Shown here piece after piece: positions 46,745-56,338 of a DNA stretch of 64,000 nucleotides. The stretch's first letter is position 1. Every line of letters starts with the position of its first letter. Under the pieces are notes generated by a model. It had not been told where the DNA came from. It was given only the letters and a program-made list of their open reading frames with translations, and did no database searches. The stretch comes from an uncultured Planctomycetales bacterium. GTDB taxonomy: Bacteria; Omnitrophota; Gorgyraeia; Gygaellales; Profunditerraquicolaceae. Both the position numbers and the translations under genes were made by a program. Location: the NCBI GenBank assembly GCA_964427405.1, contig CAYRUB010000007.1, forward strand, positions 25,364 to 89,363. The letters run 5' to 3'.

Positions 46745-47776
46745 TTACCTACTCAACTCTGCTAATTTTAGAATCAACTCCTTAGTATCATTCCAACCTA
46801 AACAAGGATCGGTGATTGACTGGCCGAACACCTTGCCTCCGACTTTCTGCGCGCCCTCCACCAGATAACTTTCCACCATCAGCCCTTTAACTGTCTTTCT
46901 TAAATCTTTAGACTGGGCTAAGCTATTCATTATCTCTTCCGCTATCCGGGGCTGCTGGGTGAAATCTTTATCTGAATTGGCATGATTAGTATCAACGATA
47001 AGCGCAGGATTTACAAGATTGCGTTTTAGATACAGCTGAACAAAATGAATTAAATCTTCGTAATGATAATTCGGGATGCTTTGGCCCTGGCGGTTAATCG
47101 CTCCGCGAAGGATACAGTGCGCCAGAGAATTGCCGTCAGTTTTGACCTCCCAGCCATTATAAATAAAGGTGTGCTGGATCTGCGCGGCTTCCACAGAATT
47201 CAGCAGGACATTTAAATCTCCGCTGGTAGGGTTCTTCATGCCAACGGGAATATCCAGGCCGCTTACTGTCAGGCGATGCTCCTGGTTCTCTACGGAACGC
47301 GCGCCGATTGTAACATAACTCAAAACATCCTCCAGGTACGGATAGTTTCCCGGATAAAGCATCTCATCCGCGGCGGTTAAGCCGGACTCGCTGAGTACCC
47401 TAAGGTGCATACGCCGGATAGCCTTGATCCCACGGGAAATATCAGGATCACCCGAGGCCTCGGGCTGATGCAGCATGCCTTTATACCCTTTTCCGGTTGT
47501 ACGGGGTTTATTCGTATAAATACGGGGAATTAAAATTAACCTATCCTTAACTTTATGCTGAAGTACGGCAAGGCGGGATACATATTTCGAAAGCGCATCT
47601 TCATTATCAGCTGAACAGGGGCCGATAATTAAAAGCAGCCGGCTATCATTACCTTTTATAACATTTAAAATGTCTTTATCCCGCGCTGCCTTTACTTTTT
47701 TCAGCTTTGCCGGCATAGGCATAAGCTGGAGGATCTCAAGCGGCGTGGGAATTTTCTGCAGATATGCAAAACTCAT
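46745..47776 (-). CDS. DAHP synthase class I-alpha (AroF/G/H type)
   Basis: IGPCS, KPRTT, IGARS, GMKNPTSG, HANS, SITDPCLGW. Confidence 0.93.
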   Translation of the reverse strand: MSFAYLQKIPTPLEILQLMPMPAKLKKVKAARDKDILNVIKGNDSRLLLIIGPCSADNEDALSKYVSRLAVLQHKVKDRLILIPRIYTNKPRTTGKGYKGMLHQPEASGDPDISRGIKAIRRMHLRVLSESGLTAADEMLYPGNYPYLEDVLSYVTIGARSVENQEHRLTVSGLDIPVGMKNPTSGDLNVLLNSVEAAQIQHTFIYNGWEVKTDGNSLAHCILRGAINRQGQSIPNYHYEDLIHFVQLYLKRNLVNPALIVDTNHANSDKDFTQQPRIAEEIMNSLAQSKDLRKTVKGLMVESYLVEGAQKVGGKVFGQSITDPCLGWNDTKELILKLAELSR

Positions 47777-47779
47777 TTT

Positions 47780-48112
47780 CTAATTATTATTTTGCTGGAT
47801 GATCTTAAGCGTGGTGCGCTGGCCGTCTTTCCAAGGCCAAAGCATGGCAAGGATACTGTCTGTCCCAGTAGTTTTATAATATAGCGTCTGGCCCGGCATA
47901 ATCCCCCCAAGGCCATTGACCGTTTCCTGCACTTTATGCGGCAACCTGGATTTTGAAGGAAAAACCGGCTCCCCCATAAAACTCTTTAGCTGCAGGTGAA
48001 GTTTTTCCAGCTCCCGCTGAATAATAACTCCCTCGAAATGATTATCACAATCAGTGCGCAGATCTTCAAAACTAAACTGCTTCATGTTTCTTCTCAGGGA
48101 ACTAAAGTCCAT
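47780..48112 (-). CDS. hypothetical protein
   Basis: 110-aa ORF with RBS AAGGAG; GG..PGQTLY and AMLWPW segments. Confidence 0.7.
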   Translation of the reverse strand: MDFSSLRRNMKQFSFEDLRTDCDNHFEGVIIQRELEKLHLQLKSFMGEPVFPSKSRLPHKVQETVNGLGGIMPGQTLYYKTTGTDSILAMLWPWKDGQRTTLKIIQQNNN

Positions 48113-48167
48113 GGGGATCTCCTTTGTTTGTTATTATAACATAGCTAAAAACAATTAAAACATATTT

Positions 48168-48647
48168 TTAAAATTCTTTATATGGCCGCAAAGTCGCCCC
48201 GATAAAACGCAAGATCTCACACCGGCGCCCCTGGTCAAGGCCCTTATAACAGACACCTAAGCGAAATTCATTTTCATACGGCAGGCAGCTTCTCACCTCC
48301 GCCTCTACCTCAACCGGTTTAACTATATTTACCGAGCCTTCATCTGAGCCAAAAAAAATGAACTTCAAAATCAAGTTAGACCAGACCGGAATCTGATGTT
48401 TGGATAAAAATGCCAGGCCCGCGGTACTTAAATCCAGGGTGGTGGCCTCCATATCTTTCTCGCCAAACTCAACCCGCAGATGCTCAGGAGTGCGCACTTT
48501 ATACCAAACAGTTAAATTTAAAAGTAAGCGCTGGAACCTGCGCCTGTCTTTACCCCAGTAGCGGTTAAACAAGTTGCCCCCCAAAAGTAAAAAGCCACGA
48601 TTATAAAGGTTTCCACCAAAAACACCTTTATCACCGTGGCAGGACAA
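48168..48647 (-). CDS. PilZ domain protein (start uncertain)
   Basis: DRRRFQR (RxxxR) and DLSTAG (DxSxxG). Confidence 0.8.
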   Translation of the reverse strand: MSCHGDKGVFGGNLYNRGFLLLGGNLFNRYWGKDRRRFQRLLLNLTVWYKVRTPEHLRVEFGEKDMEATTLDLSTAGLAFLSKHQIPVWSNLILKFIFFGSDEGSVNIVKPVEVEAEVRSCLPYENEFRLGVCYKGLDQGRRCEILRFIGATLRPYKEF

Positions 48648-48698
48648 TTACAGAGTAAGTATATACTATATTTTGCTAAATTTCAAGCCCGGGGCAAA

Positions 48699-49136
48699 TT
48701 ATATGATTCTTAATAAATTAAGCCCGGTTTGAGGATCGATCTCTTTACTGGCTTTGATTCCTTTTAACTCCAGGAGCACTGCCTCAATAACCAGGAATAC
48801 CTTTGACTTACCGCGCAGGCATCCGGTGAGCACCCTGTTCTTTTTACCCATGCTGCTATGGATATGTATCTGCGGGCCGCTGGAGTTTACAAAAACTGTG
48901 CCGATACCCATAACCTCCCAGCCATCTTTGAAAGTTAGTTTATTTGGCTGCGGGGGGATTACCGGCTTTTTGGGCCCGGTAACCAAGTCTCCTTTTCTAA
49001 GCGCGCCGATAAAGATCATCGTCGCCGCTTTTACACGCTCTTTCTTGACCAAAAGGCTCAGCTTATCAATCAAAATATCGTTATCTTCAAATTTAATAAG
49101 GAAAACCCTGCCGATTGAACCTTTAGTATATTTCAT
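48699..49136 (-). CDS. PPC/DUF296 domain protein
   Basis: IGAL, HIHSSMG, GCL. Confidence 0.82.
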   Translation of the reverse strand: MKYTKGSIGRVFLIKFEDNDILIDKLSLLVKKERVKAATMIFIGALRKGDLVTGPKKPVIPPQPNKLTFKDGWEVMGIGTVFVNSSGPQIHIHSSMGKKNRVLTGCLRGKSKVFLVIEAVLLELKGIKASKEIDPQTGLNLLRII

Positions 49137-49362
49137 TTTGCAAAAACTGATAATAGTTATTTAAGGATTTTAAAGATTTTAAGAAAACCGCAGTTAACAA
49201 AAAGGTCAATATAACTACGGCTACGCTCACGATGATCTTTTTCTTCTTGCTAAAGCTGGGATTAACCCAAACTAAAGGCAGCATAAAAGGCCCTACGAAA
49301 AAGAAAGAGACAATCAATGACCAGGTCTTGAAATACCATTTTTTCTGCGCTTGATTATCCAC
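49123..49362 (-). CDS. small membrane protein
   Basis: KWYF..VGPFMLPLVW.NP, two TM segments. Confidence 0.65.
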   Translation of the reverse strand: MDNQAQKKWYFKTWSLIVSFFFVGPFMLPLVWVNPSFSKKKKIIVSVAVVILTFLLTAVFLKSLKSLNNYYQFLQNEIY

Positions 49363-49748
49363 TATTTGTTTTTCCTGGCTGACTTAACTTTTTTTATGCG
49401 CGATTTATGCACCACACACAAGACATCGGCAATGGGGGCAATCTTTTTGCCCTCGTAGGGAAATTCTTTGCAGGTCACCGGTTTAAGAGCATAATCAATC
49501 TTGTGTATTCTGCAGAGCCCGTCAGGATCCTGAAAAACACATTGCTCATCCTCATAGCTGGTACCTACCTTGTACCCGGAAGGAAAATCTTTATCTATTT
49601 CTAAATGGAAAAAGTCGCCTTTTATACCAAGCGACAGTATCTTTTTGGCCTCTTCCAAATCAATCCAGGCACCAAGCCGGCAGCAATCCGCCTGATTACT
49701 GCATTTCTTACAATCAATAGCCTGATCTGTTGTTTTTTTGTTTTTCAT
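49362..49748 (-). CDS. YkgJ-family CxxCxxCC cluster protein
   Basis: CKKC....CC, CVF..GLCRIH..KPVTCKEFPY. Confidence 0.85.
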   Translation of the reverse strand: MKNKKTTDQAIDCKKCSNQADCCRLGAWIDLEEAKKILSLGIKGDFFHLEIDKDFPSGYKVGTSYEDEQCVFQDPDGLCRIHKIDYALKPVTCKEFPYEGKKIAPIADVLCVVHKSRIKKVKSARKNK

Positions 49749-49773
49749 AAGTTATGATTATACATGTTTTAGC

Positions 49774-49811
49774 TTAAAATCCCAAATACATTTAAGTACC
49801 TGGGATTTTAA
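49774..49811 (-). terminator. terminator after the second cold-shock gene
   Basis: TTAAAATCCCA/TGGGATTTTAA stem. Confidence 0.6.
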
Positions 49812-49828
49812 AACTGCTATTTATTTAA

Positions 49829-50029
49829 TTAGGCGATATGCACGTTGATTGCGCGCGGGCCTTTGTCGGATTTCTCGATATCATAAGTAACTGCCTGCTC
49901 TTCGGTCAAAGCGTCAAATTTGACTTCAACTAAACTATTCTGATGAAAAAATACTTCTCTGCCGTCGGTATCGCTGATGAAACCAAACCCTCTGTCGCGC
50001 ACTAATTTCTTTATTTTTCCTGTATTCAT
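49829..50029 (-). CDS. cold-shock domain protein
   Basis: RGFGFI, VFFH, KGPRA.NV. Confidence 0.95.
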   Translation of the reverse strand: MNTGKIKKLVRDRGFGFISDTDGREVFFHQNSLVEVKFDALTEEQAVTYDIEKSDKGPRAINVHIA

Positions 50030-50047
50030 TTATACTCCTTTTTAAGA

Positions 50048-50083
50048 AATAGCCTGGCCTCAAAAATTAGAGGCCAGGCTATT
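50048..50083 (-). terminator. terminator after cspA
   Basis: AATAGCCTGGCCTC/GAGGCCAGGCTATT 14-bp stem. Confidence 0.75.
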
Positions 50084-50093
50084 TTTACCAGTA

Positions 50094-50294
50094 TTAAAGC
50101 TTGACTACGTTAGTAGCCTGTTCGCCTTTAGGTCCTTTTTCGATGTTGAACTCTACTTCCTGACCCTCAGCCAATGATTTATAACCTTCACCCTGGATTG
50201 CGCTGTGATGAACGAATACATCGCTTCCGGATTCAGGTGTGATAAACCCAAAACCTTTCTGGTCTGAAAACCACTTTACTTTTCCCTTTGCCAT
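50094..50294 (-). CDS. cspA: cold-shock protein
   Basis: [21 protein letters not shown]. Confidence 0.95.
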   Translation of the reverse strand: MAKGKVKWFSDQKGFGFITPESGSDVFVHHSAIQGEGYKSLAEGQEVEFNIEKGPKGEQATNVVKL

Positions 50295-50464
50295 TATTTA
50301 CTACCCCCTCTCCTATGAAATTTTAGCAAATAACGGCAGAAACAAAAAACCGCGAAGGTTAGTTTTCTAAACCTCGCGGCCTACAAACTTCTAATCCTTT
50401 ATTCACTACGAAAAAGAGTATAACACATTTTGTGTATTTGTCCAGTAAAAGTTTAACTATTTAA

Positions 50465-50719
50465 TTAATGCCTAAAATGCACAAAAATCCTGCCAAAGTT
50501 CTTGTCGTCTTTTTCTAAGCGGTGATAACGCTGCTTTATCTCCGGCTGCTCAAGAAAACGTAAGACGTGCTTCTTTAATTGGCCGCTGCCCTTACCCGGG
50601 ATAATTTCGATTTCGCTAATCCTTTTCTTTGCCGCCTCATCGATTACCCGCTTAAGCTCAGCCTCAATCGCCCTGCCATTGCTATAAATATCATGCAAAT
50701 CCAGCTTAATTCTACCCAT
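50465..50719 (-). CDS. stand-alone Smr domain protein
   Basis: LDLH, IIPGKGSGQLKK.V. Confidence 0.85.
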   Translation of the reverse strand: MGRIKLDLHDIYSNGRAIEAELKRVIDEAAKKRISEIEIIPGKGSGQLKKHVLRFLEQPEIKQRYHRLEKDDKNFGRIFVHFRH

Positions 50720-50740
50720 ATGAATATTATATTTTGCTAT

Positions 50741-51166
50741 TTAAATCCGGTCCGGGATATCCAAATTACTGCCGCCCTTGGCTTCTCTTACGTAAAGCGG
50801 GATACTCGCTTCAACCCTGCCATCAACTAATATATTAACCACATAATCACCGGGTTTTTGAAAGGCAACGTTTTGCCCGTTAAGCGCAAAGGAAAAAGAG
50901 GCTTCGGGCACCAGGCTCTGAGGAAGCTGAAAGTTTATTTTTATATCGCTATTCATTAATTTCTGGCCATCGGCATCAGTTAAAGAGATGTTTAATTTAT
51001 GGTCTCCTACCTCCAGCCTGTTAATCAGCAGGCGTAAAGCAACGCTCATGCGCGGTATTACATACGGAAACTTATCAACATTAATACTATCAAATGCCCT
51101 GCATAAAGTCAGGCAACCATTTTCAACCCATGCATGATCCGCAACAGCCGCAACCAGAACCTTCAT
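50741..51166 (-). CDS. conserved hypothetical beta-sandwich protein (DUF6941-like)
   Basis: FDSI...FP, F.KPGDY...I.VDG. Confidence 0.65.
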   Translation of the reverse strand: MKVLVAAVADHAWVENGCLTLCRAFDSINVDKFPYVIPRMSVALRLLINRLEVGDHKLNISLTDADGQKLMNSDIKINFQLPQSLVPEASFSFALNGQNVAFQKPGDYVVNILVDGRVEASIPLYVREAKGGSNLDIPDRI

Positions 51167-51182
51167 AGTTTGCTCCTTTATT

Positions 51183-52577
51183 TTACCCTAATACCTTAAC
51201 AAGCGCCTGGACAACCGCGGGGTTAAACTGTGTCCCGGAACCGGATTTTATTTTTTCCAGCGCCTCTTCTTTGGGCAACGCCACATGATAAGAACGGGAA
51301 GAAGTCATCGCGTCATAGGCATCCGCGACCGAAACAATCTGGGCGGAAATAGTAGTATCGTCTGCCTTTAGCCCATCGGGATAACCTGTGCCGTCATAGC
51401 GCTCATGATGCGACCTGATCACAGAAAGCATCTGCGAATCCAGGAATACAGGCTTTAAGATCTCTTCCCCTACCTCGGGATGTTTACGCACAAGATCCCA
51501 TTCCCCTTGCGACAAACTGCTTTTTTTATTCAGGATATCATCATGGATACCCAGCTTACCTATATCATGCATCTGAGCTGCTTTCTTTAATAATTCCGCT
51601 TCCTTAGTGGCGATACCCATCTTAATCGCAATCTCATAGGAGTATTCGCTGACCCTGTCTGAATGGCCACGCGTATACGGGTCTTTTGCTTCCAGGCTGC
51701 GCACCATAGCCTGTACCATGCGGTAAAAATATTCATGCAATTTCTCCCGGGCATCCGCAAGGCTGGCGGTCATATCATTAAAAGATAAAGCAAGCTGGCC
51801 AATCTCATCCTGGGATGGGATTTTCACCCGGTAGCTCAGGTCGCCTCCCGCTACATGCTTTGTGCCATCAATGAGCCTCTTGACCGGAGAAATTATCCTT
51901 ATCGAGAATATAGAACCGAGTAACAGGGAAAAAACAATCCCCATCAACAAAACAAATATCCCCCTGTATAACAAATCTTTTTCGGCAAGACGAACGTCGT
52001 TGGCATTTATGTCTATACCCAGTATGGCAACGGGAAGGTTATTCTTATCAAAAATAGGAGCATACCCGGAAAGAAAATTGCCCCATTCATCAACAGCCAG
52101 CTTGGTGTCCGCGCTCGGGCCATCAAAAGCCTTAAGCATCTCCGGAAAACGCTGGGCATTGTATTTATCGCCCGGGTAAGAAGTCAGCCCTTTCCTGGCA
52201 ACTTTAGCCATAAGCGCATCAGGATCAACCACAAACTGATAAATACCCGGTTTATCTGTTTTTGCCATTATGTAAATACTCCTGATCATCGGGTTAGCTT
52301 GTTTTATTTTTAACAACCGGGAGGCTATATTTTCGAAGGAAGGCGTATCTACCCCTTCGGGGCTGAGCGGGATATTACTCAGCTCGTCTCCATCCACTGA
52401 AAGTACGGCAGTTTGCGCGATTACCTTAAGCTTATCCCGCAGCTGGTTAAATTGAGACTGTAAACTGAACTCCAAAAGGATATAATTACTCAGGATCGCC
52501 ACAAATAACAGGGAAAGAATAAAAGATAACGCTACTTTTACGTAAAAACTTTTAAAAAACAAATTTTTGCTTCTCAT
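51183..52577 (-). CDS. membrane sensor HAMP / HD-GYP phosphodiesterase
   Basis: Two TM helices, HAMP (DEIGQLA.SFN.M), HDIGK, HHERYDGTGYP. Confidence 0.93.
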   Translation of the reverse strand: MRSKNLFFKSFYVKVALSFILSLLFVAILSNYILLEFSLQSQFNQLRDKLKVIAQTAVLSVDGDELSNIPLSPEGVDTPSFENIASRLLKIKQANPMIRSIYIMAKTDKPGIYQFVVDPDALMAKVARKGLTSYPGDKYNAQRFPEMLKAFDGPSADTKLAVDEWGNFLSGYAPIFDKNNLPVAILGIDINANDVRLAEKDLLYRGIFVLLMGIVFSLLLGSIFSIRIISPVKRLIDGTKHVAGGDLSYRVKIPSQDEIGQLALSFNDMTASLADAREKLHEYFYRMVQAMVRSLEAKDPYTRGHSDRVSEYSYEIAIKMGIATKEAELLKKAAQMHDIGKLGIHDDILNKKSSLSQGEWDLVRKHPEVGEEILKPVFLDSQMLSVIRSHHERYDGTGYPDGLKADDTTISAQIVSVADAYDAMTSSRSYHVALPKEEALEKIKSGSGTQFNPAVVQALVKVLG

Positions 52578-52583
52578 CTTATT

Positions 52584-53009
52584 CTACTGCTCCTTAATTA
52601 CCTTGAAAGAATTAAAGCTCCTGTCGCTTTTATAACCGGAATACGAAATCTGGATTAAAGACCAGGTATAAACTTGGCCATCCTCAAATAAATCCGACTT
52701 GATCTTTATGGATGATGTGTCAGGCGGTAAATCTTCTTTATAGATTAAGTTTGCTAAATACATCTTATAACCTTTATAGATCTTAAAGATGAATTTACGC
52801 AAACCCACAACCTCAATCCACCATTTAAACTCCAGGTTATCCTGCCCGGTTAAAACAGCCGTATCATTAATAGGATACCTAAGCCTTGGTTCAGGCAAAC
52901 TATTATAAGGGCCATTGCCATAGGTAAAACTAAGCGTACCCGCGAAACTGGACGCGCTAAAAAACATGACTAAAGATATCGCTATCACTGCGATTCTTTT
53001 CATAGACAT
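52584..53009 (-). CDS. hypothetical secreted protein
   Basis: Signal peptide ending SFA; beta-rich; directly upstream of the HD-GYP gene. Confidence 0.65.
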   Translation of the reverse strand: MSMKRIAVIAISLVMFFSASSFAGTLSFTYGNGPYNSLPEPRLRYPINDTAVLTGQDNLEFKWWIEVVGLRKFIFKIYKGYKMYLANLIYKEDLPPDTSSIKIKSDLFEDGQVYTWSLIQISYSGYKSDRSFNSFKVIKEQ

Positions 53010-53019
53010 AAAGATACGC

Positions 53020-53586
53020 CTATTTTTTCTTACCGATAGAAAATGCATCGCCTAACCGGTTACCCACGCCATAATAAGTACGGCTGGCGGGATTAAAAAT
53101 CATGGGTTTTATTTTCTCGATATCAGGAAATCCTTCTTTTGTTAATGCCTCTTCCTCTACTTTCACATCTTTAATCTGCCCGATAAAAAGTGTATGCAGC
53201 CCTACCTTAACCGCATGCAGCATAATACATTCCAAAACCAGGGGAAATTCTTTGATATAAGGGGCATTTACAAGCTCGCTCTTTACCGGGGTAAGAGCGG
53301 TTGAAGTAAATTTATTCTCCGTCCTGCCTGAAACAATACCGAAATAATCTGCCTCTTTGATGTATGCTTCAGAAGGAATATTTACAGTAAAAGCCTTGCT
53401 TTCCAAAATATTAGAGTAAGTATAAGTAGCATCTCTTAAAGAGATACTAACGCAGGCCGGGTCAGAACAACATATCCCTCCCCAGGCGCAAACCATAGCG
53501 TTCGGTTTAGCTTCTTTATCGTATGTACCTACAACAAAAACCGGGGTTGGAAAAACAATGGTGATGGCTCCGATAGATTTTTTCAT
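53020..53586 (-). CDS. flavin reductase / flavoredoxin family protein
   Basis: [30 protein letters not shown]. Confidence 0.9.
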   Translation of the reverse strand: MKKSIGAITIVFPTPVFVVGTYDKEAKPNAMVCAWGGICCSDPACVSISLRDATYTYSNILESKAFTVNIPSEAYIKEADYFGIVSGRTENKFTSTALTPVKSELVNAPYIKEFPLVLECIMLHAVKVGLHTLFIGQIKDVKVEEEALTKEGFPDIEKIKPMIFNPASRTYYGVGNRLGDAFSIGKKK

Positions 53587-53599
53587 CCCTTCCTCCTGT

Positions 53600-54172
53600 T
53601 TAAGTAATTCTCCTGCCTAAAGCAACCGCCTGTTTACGGATATCATCTTTATGCTTAATATCTCCGGATTCACCTGCGTTTGGAACGAGCAAAGATTCAA
53701 ACTTCATCCCGGAGTAATCCGCGGTTATGGCAAATGTTTTCTCAAGAACATCCAACCCGATATCTTCAAAGGCACTGGCGATTAAAACAAGGGTCTTTCC
53801 TTTTAGCGGTGTCTGCGTTGTCCCGGCCTGATTATCCCATTTATAAAGCGAAAACATCCTGTCCATAACCAGTTTTAGCTGAGCGCTTGCTCCGTAAAAA
53901 TATAGCGGGGTGGCCATCACGATTACATCCGCTTCTATCATCTTCGCCAGGACAGGACTGGCTTCATCATTAATAACACATTCATATTTAACCAGTTTCT
54001 GACAGGCCCTGCAGGATGTGCAACCGGTAGATTTATATTTAAGGAAAGCAGTCTGCACAACTTCAACCTGAGCGCTTTTTGGCCGGATGCCTTCTACGAA
54101 CCATTTTACCAAGAGGGCAGTATTGCCGTCTTTTACGGGGCTGCCGGAGAGTATCAATATTTTCTTAACCAT
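53600..54172 (-). CDS. iron-sulfur flavoprotein / NADPH-dependent FMN reductase
   Basis: [16 protein letters not shown]...C, ATPLYF. Confidence 0.88.
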   Translation of the reverse strand: MVKKILILSGSPVKDGNTALLVKWFVEGIRPKSAQVEVVQTAFLKYKSTGCTSCRACQKLVKYECVINDEASPVLAKMIEADVIVMATPLYFYGASAQLKLVMDRMFSLYKWDNQAGTTQTPLKGKTLVLIASAFEDIGLDVLEKTFAITADYSGMKFESLLVPNAGESGDIKHKDDIRKQAVALGRRIT

Positions 54173-54244
54173 AATGCTATTCTACTCCAATAAAGCAAAA
54201 ATCCCAAGTATAAATTTACCGGGATTAAGAATGTTGAATACACC

Positions 54245-54583
54245 CTACTTTTCGGTTAAATTCGCTAAGAATTCTCTATCTTTTATATCCATCTCATAGA
54301 ATTCTACTCCGGCATCAAAAGAGATGATCCTGCCTAAACCGGGCCTTAACATTAAGACCCAAACGACTTTGCCCTTACATTGAATATCCCGGCCATTGAT
54401 ACACATCTTAATTTCTAAAGAATCGCCTACCTTAATTAATCTTACTACTATAACCCTCAGGCCCAATGCGCTGATATCTTTAACCGCTAAAACAGTGTAA
54501 TTGTCTTGCCCGGGAAAACGCGCATTAATTTCGCAAGGGAAAATTTTTCTTTTAGCCTTTCTTTTAATTTCTCCGCCATCCAT
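54245..54583 (-). CDS. PilZ domain protein
   Basis: RKAKR, DISALG, GKVVW, GVEF. Confidence 0.82.
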   Translation of the reverse strand: MDGGEIKRKAKRKIFPCEINARFPGQDNYTVLAVKDISALGLRVIVVRLIKVGDSLEIKMCINGRDIQCKGKVVWVLMLRPGLGRIISFDAGVEFYEMDIKDREFLANLTEK

Positions 54584-54618
54584 CTACAACTCTCCTTAAG
54601 TTCATTGTGCCCGCTTTT

Positions 54619-55008
54619 TCAGGAAAAGATCAGTGTTTTTAATTTCTGCGGATCCCAGGGATAAAAAGTAAGAAATTCCTCTTTAACTACATCGGGCAGG
54701 ACAGCATCCTGGACCCCTTTTAAGGCCATAGCGATAATTTTATTCCCCTTATTCCTGTTCTTACGCAACTGGCAATCAACCCACCTGCTTTTATGAGTAT
54801 TTTCTCCTATAAGGCAGACAGCAATGTTACATTTTACTATTTTCTCTCCTATCGCCCTCCTGACAGCTTCAGCCCCTTCCGCATCAAAATCCAAATCCAG
54901 GGGGCCTTCATAGAAATCAAGTTCGTAGTCCTGGCCGCGCAGAAAAGAAATCAGCTTTTCCACTCTTGAAGCATCTTCATGCGCGAAACTCAAGTAAACT
55001 TTTTTCAT
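54619..55008 (-). CDS. stand-alone TIR-like protein (MTH538/ThsB-like)
   Basis: KVYLSFAHED, VCLIGENT.KSRWVDCQL, YPWD. Confidence 0.78.
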   Translation of the reverse strand: MKKVYLSFAHEDASRVEKLISFLRGQDYELDFYEGPLDLDFDAEGAEAVRRAIGEKIVKCNIAVCLIGENTHKSRWVDCQLRKNRNKGNKIIAMALKGVQDAVLPDVVKEEFLTFYPWDPQKLKTLIFS

Positions 55009-55086
55009 AAAGAATATTATGCTTCTTTATACAAACGTAAGTTGTTATTTTTTCTTAGCAATATGGAAATTACACAGGCAGGATTA

Positions 55087-55299
55087 CTAAATTCTTCCTT
55101 CAGCTTCAGCAAAACTGGTTTCAATATACCAAGGGCATTCCCAGCAGTTTTTGAATTTACGCTCAACCATGGCAACGCACCCGGACAACAACCAGCACCT
55201 TTTGCCGTAGTTTTTTTGGTAGATGGGGCACTTTTCTCTGACAGCTTTTACGCACGACCAAAACTGCCAGCAATATTGGGGTTCCCGTGGCTTAGACAT
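55087..55299 (-). CDS. small Cys/Trp-rich (two-CW-like) protein
   Basis: CWQFWSC..CPIY..CWLLSG..CWECPWY. Confidence 0.7.
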   Translation of the reverse strand: MSKPREPQYCWQFWSCVKAVREKCPIYQKNYGKRCWLLSGCVAMVERKFKNCWECPWYIETSFAEAEGRI

Positions 55300-55370
55300 A
55301 TTCCCCCTTTGATAGAAGTATACCATATTTCTTACTCATTTGTAAAGTCCATTCTTACCTTACAGCAAAT

Positions 55371-55407
55371 AAAAAGGCCTCTTTCAAATCTCAAAAGAGG
55401 CCTTTTT
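55371..55407. terminator. bidirectional terminator
   Basis: AAAAAGGCCTCTTT/AAAGAGGCCTTTTT. Confidence 0.75.
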
Positions 55408-55530
55408 ATTTATGATGAATGGATTATTTCTGGTTTTTGATTGAGACTAGGCTCAACACATCGCCAACCTGCTTGGCAGTAACTGATACTTGTAACTTGC
55501 TGTCAGCGTTTCGTGCCTTATGCTTAAAAC

Positions 55531-55797
55531 TTACTTCTTTGCAGTCGTATCTACTTTTTCAGCCGCTAATTTATCTGCTGCTGCTTTATCTGCTGCTTCT
55601 TTCTCTAAGGTTGCTTCATCCTTAACTTCCTCAGTAGCAACTATAGCATCGGTCTTTGCTTCATCTGATACGACAACCACGCCCGGTGCTGCTTCTGTTG
55701 CCACGGCCTTCTCATCAGCAGGCTTAGCCGCTTCTCCAGCTAAAGCTAAACTGCTGGCGAAACAAAGTGCTAAAATAACAAATATTACTTTTTTCAT
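55531..55797 (-). CDS. small secreted Ala/Glu/Lys-rich low-complexity protein
   Basis: Signal peptide ending ALA, RBS GAGGGGG. Confidence 0.7.
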   Translation of the reverse strand: MKKVIFVILALCFASSLALAGEAAKPADEKAVATEAAPGVVVVSDEAKTDAIVATEEVKDEATLEKEAADKAAADKLAAEKVDTTAKK

Positions 55798-55866
55798 CTT
55801 GATTCACCCCCTCTCGCTTAATTAAAATAATCTTAGCAGTATTTTCCCAGTTGTCAATGAATAAAC

Positions 55867-56298
55867 CTATGCTTTGCCAATTTTTTTGGATTTAGGCCTA
55901 TTGATAGATTTAACAACCAGCCGCAAGACAAATAATATAAATATAATGTAAATTGCTGCGGAGCGTAAACTCTTAACGGAATTAAGCATTTTTTTGCTCT
56001 TATCAACCTTGTCCTGCAAGAATGTTCCGGGATTTGTTAAGGTTTCAAGCCGGACAGTAAAATCCCTAGCTAACATTGACTCGCGGGCCATTTTATCAGT
56101 AACCGGTATTTTACCGAGCTCTAGCTTAAGGCCTGCCGGCCCGCCGATAGTATAAGCAACCAGAAGTTTGTCATAAAAATATGTATCTACCCCATAGCGA
56201 ACTATCATTCTTAGCGCGAAAAAATTCGCAAAGAGCGTACAGCATACAAAAACCAGCATTACCACAAACTTAATTATCCCTTTTCTGGAAAACTCCAT
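55867..56298 (-). CDS. hypothetical membrane protein
   Basis: Two TM segments around a soluble loop. Confidence 0.65.
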   Translation of the reverse strand: MEFSRKGIIKFVVMLVFVCCTLFANFFALRMIVRYGVDTYFYDKLLVAYTIGGPAGLKLELGKIPVTDKMARESMLARDFTVRLETLTNPGTFLQDKVDKSKKMLNSVKSLRSAAIYIIFILFVLRLVVKSINRPKSKKIGKA

Positions 56299-56338
56299 AC
56301 TCCCCTTTCCATTGTTATATTATACCAATTACAAGCAG

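Noticed and set aside
54619-55008. Complete Thoeris defence system
   Set aside because: No ThsA-like SIR2/SLOG or Macro effector is adjacent, and the TIR catalytic Glu appears to be missing.
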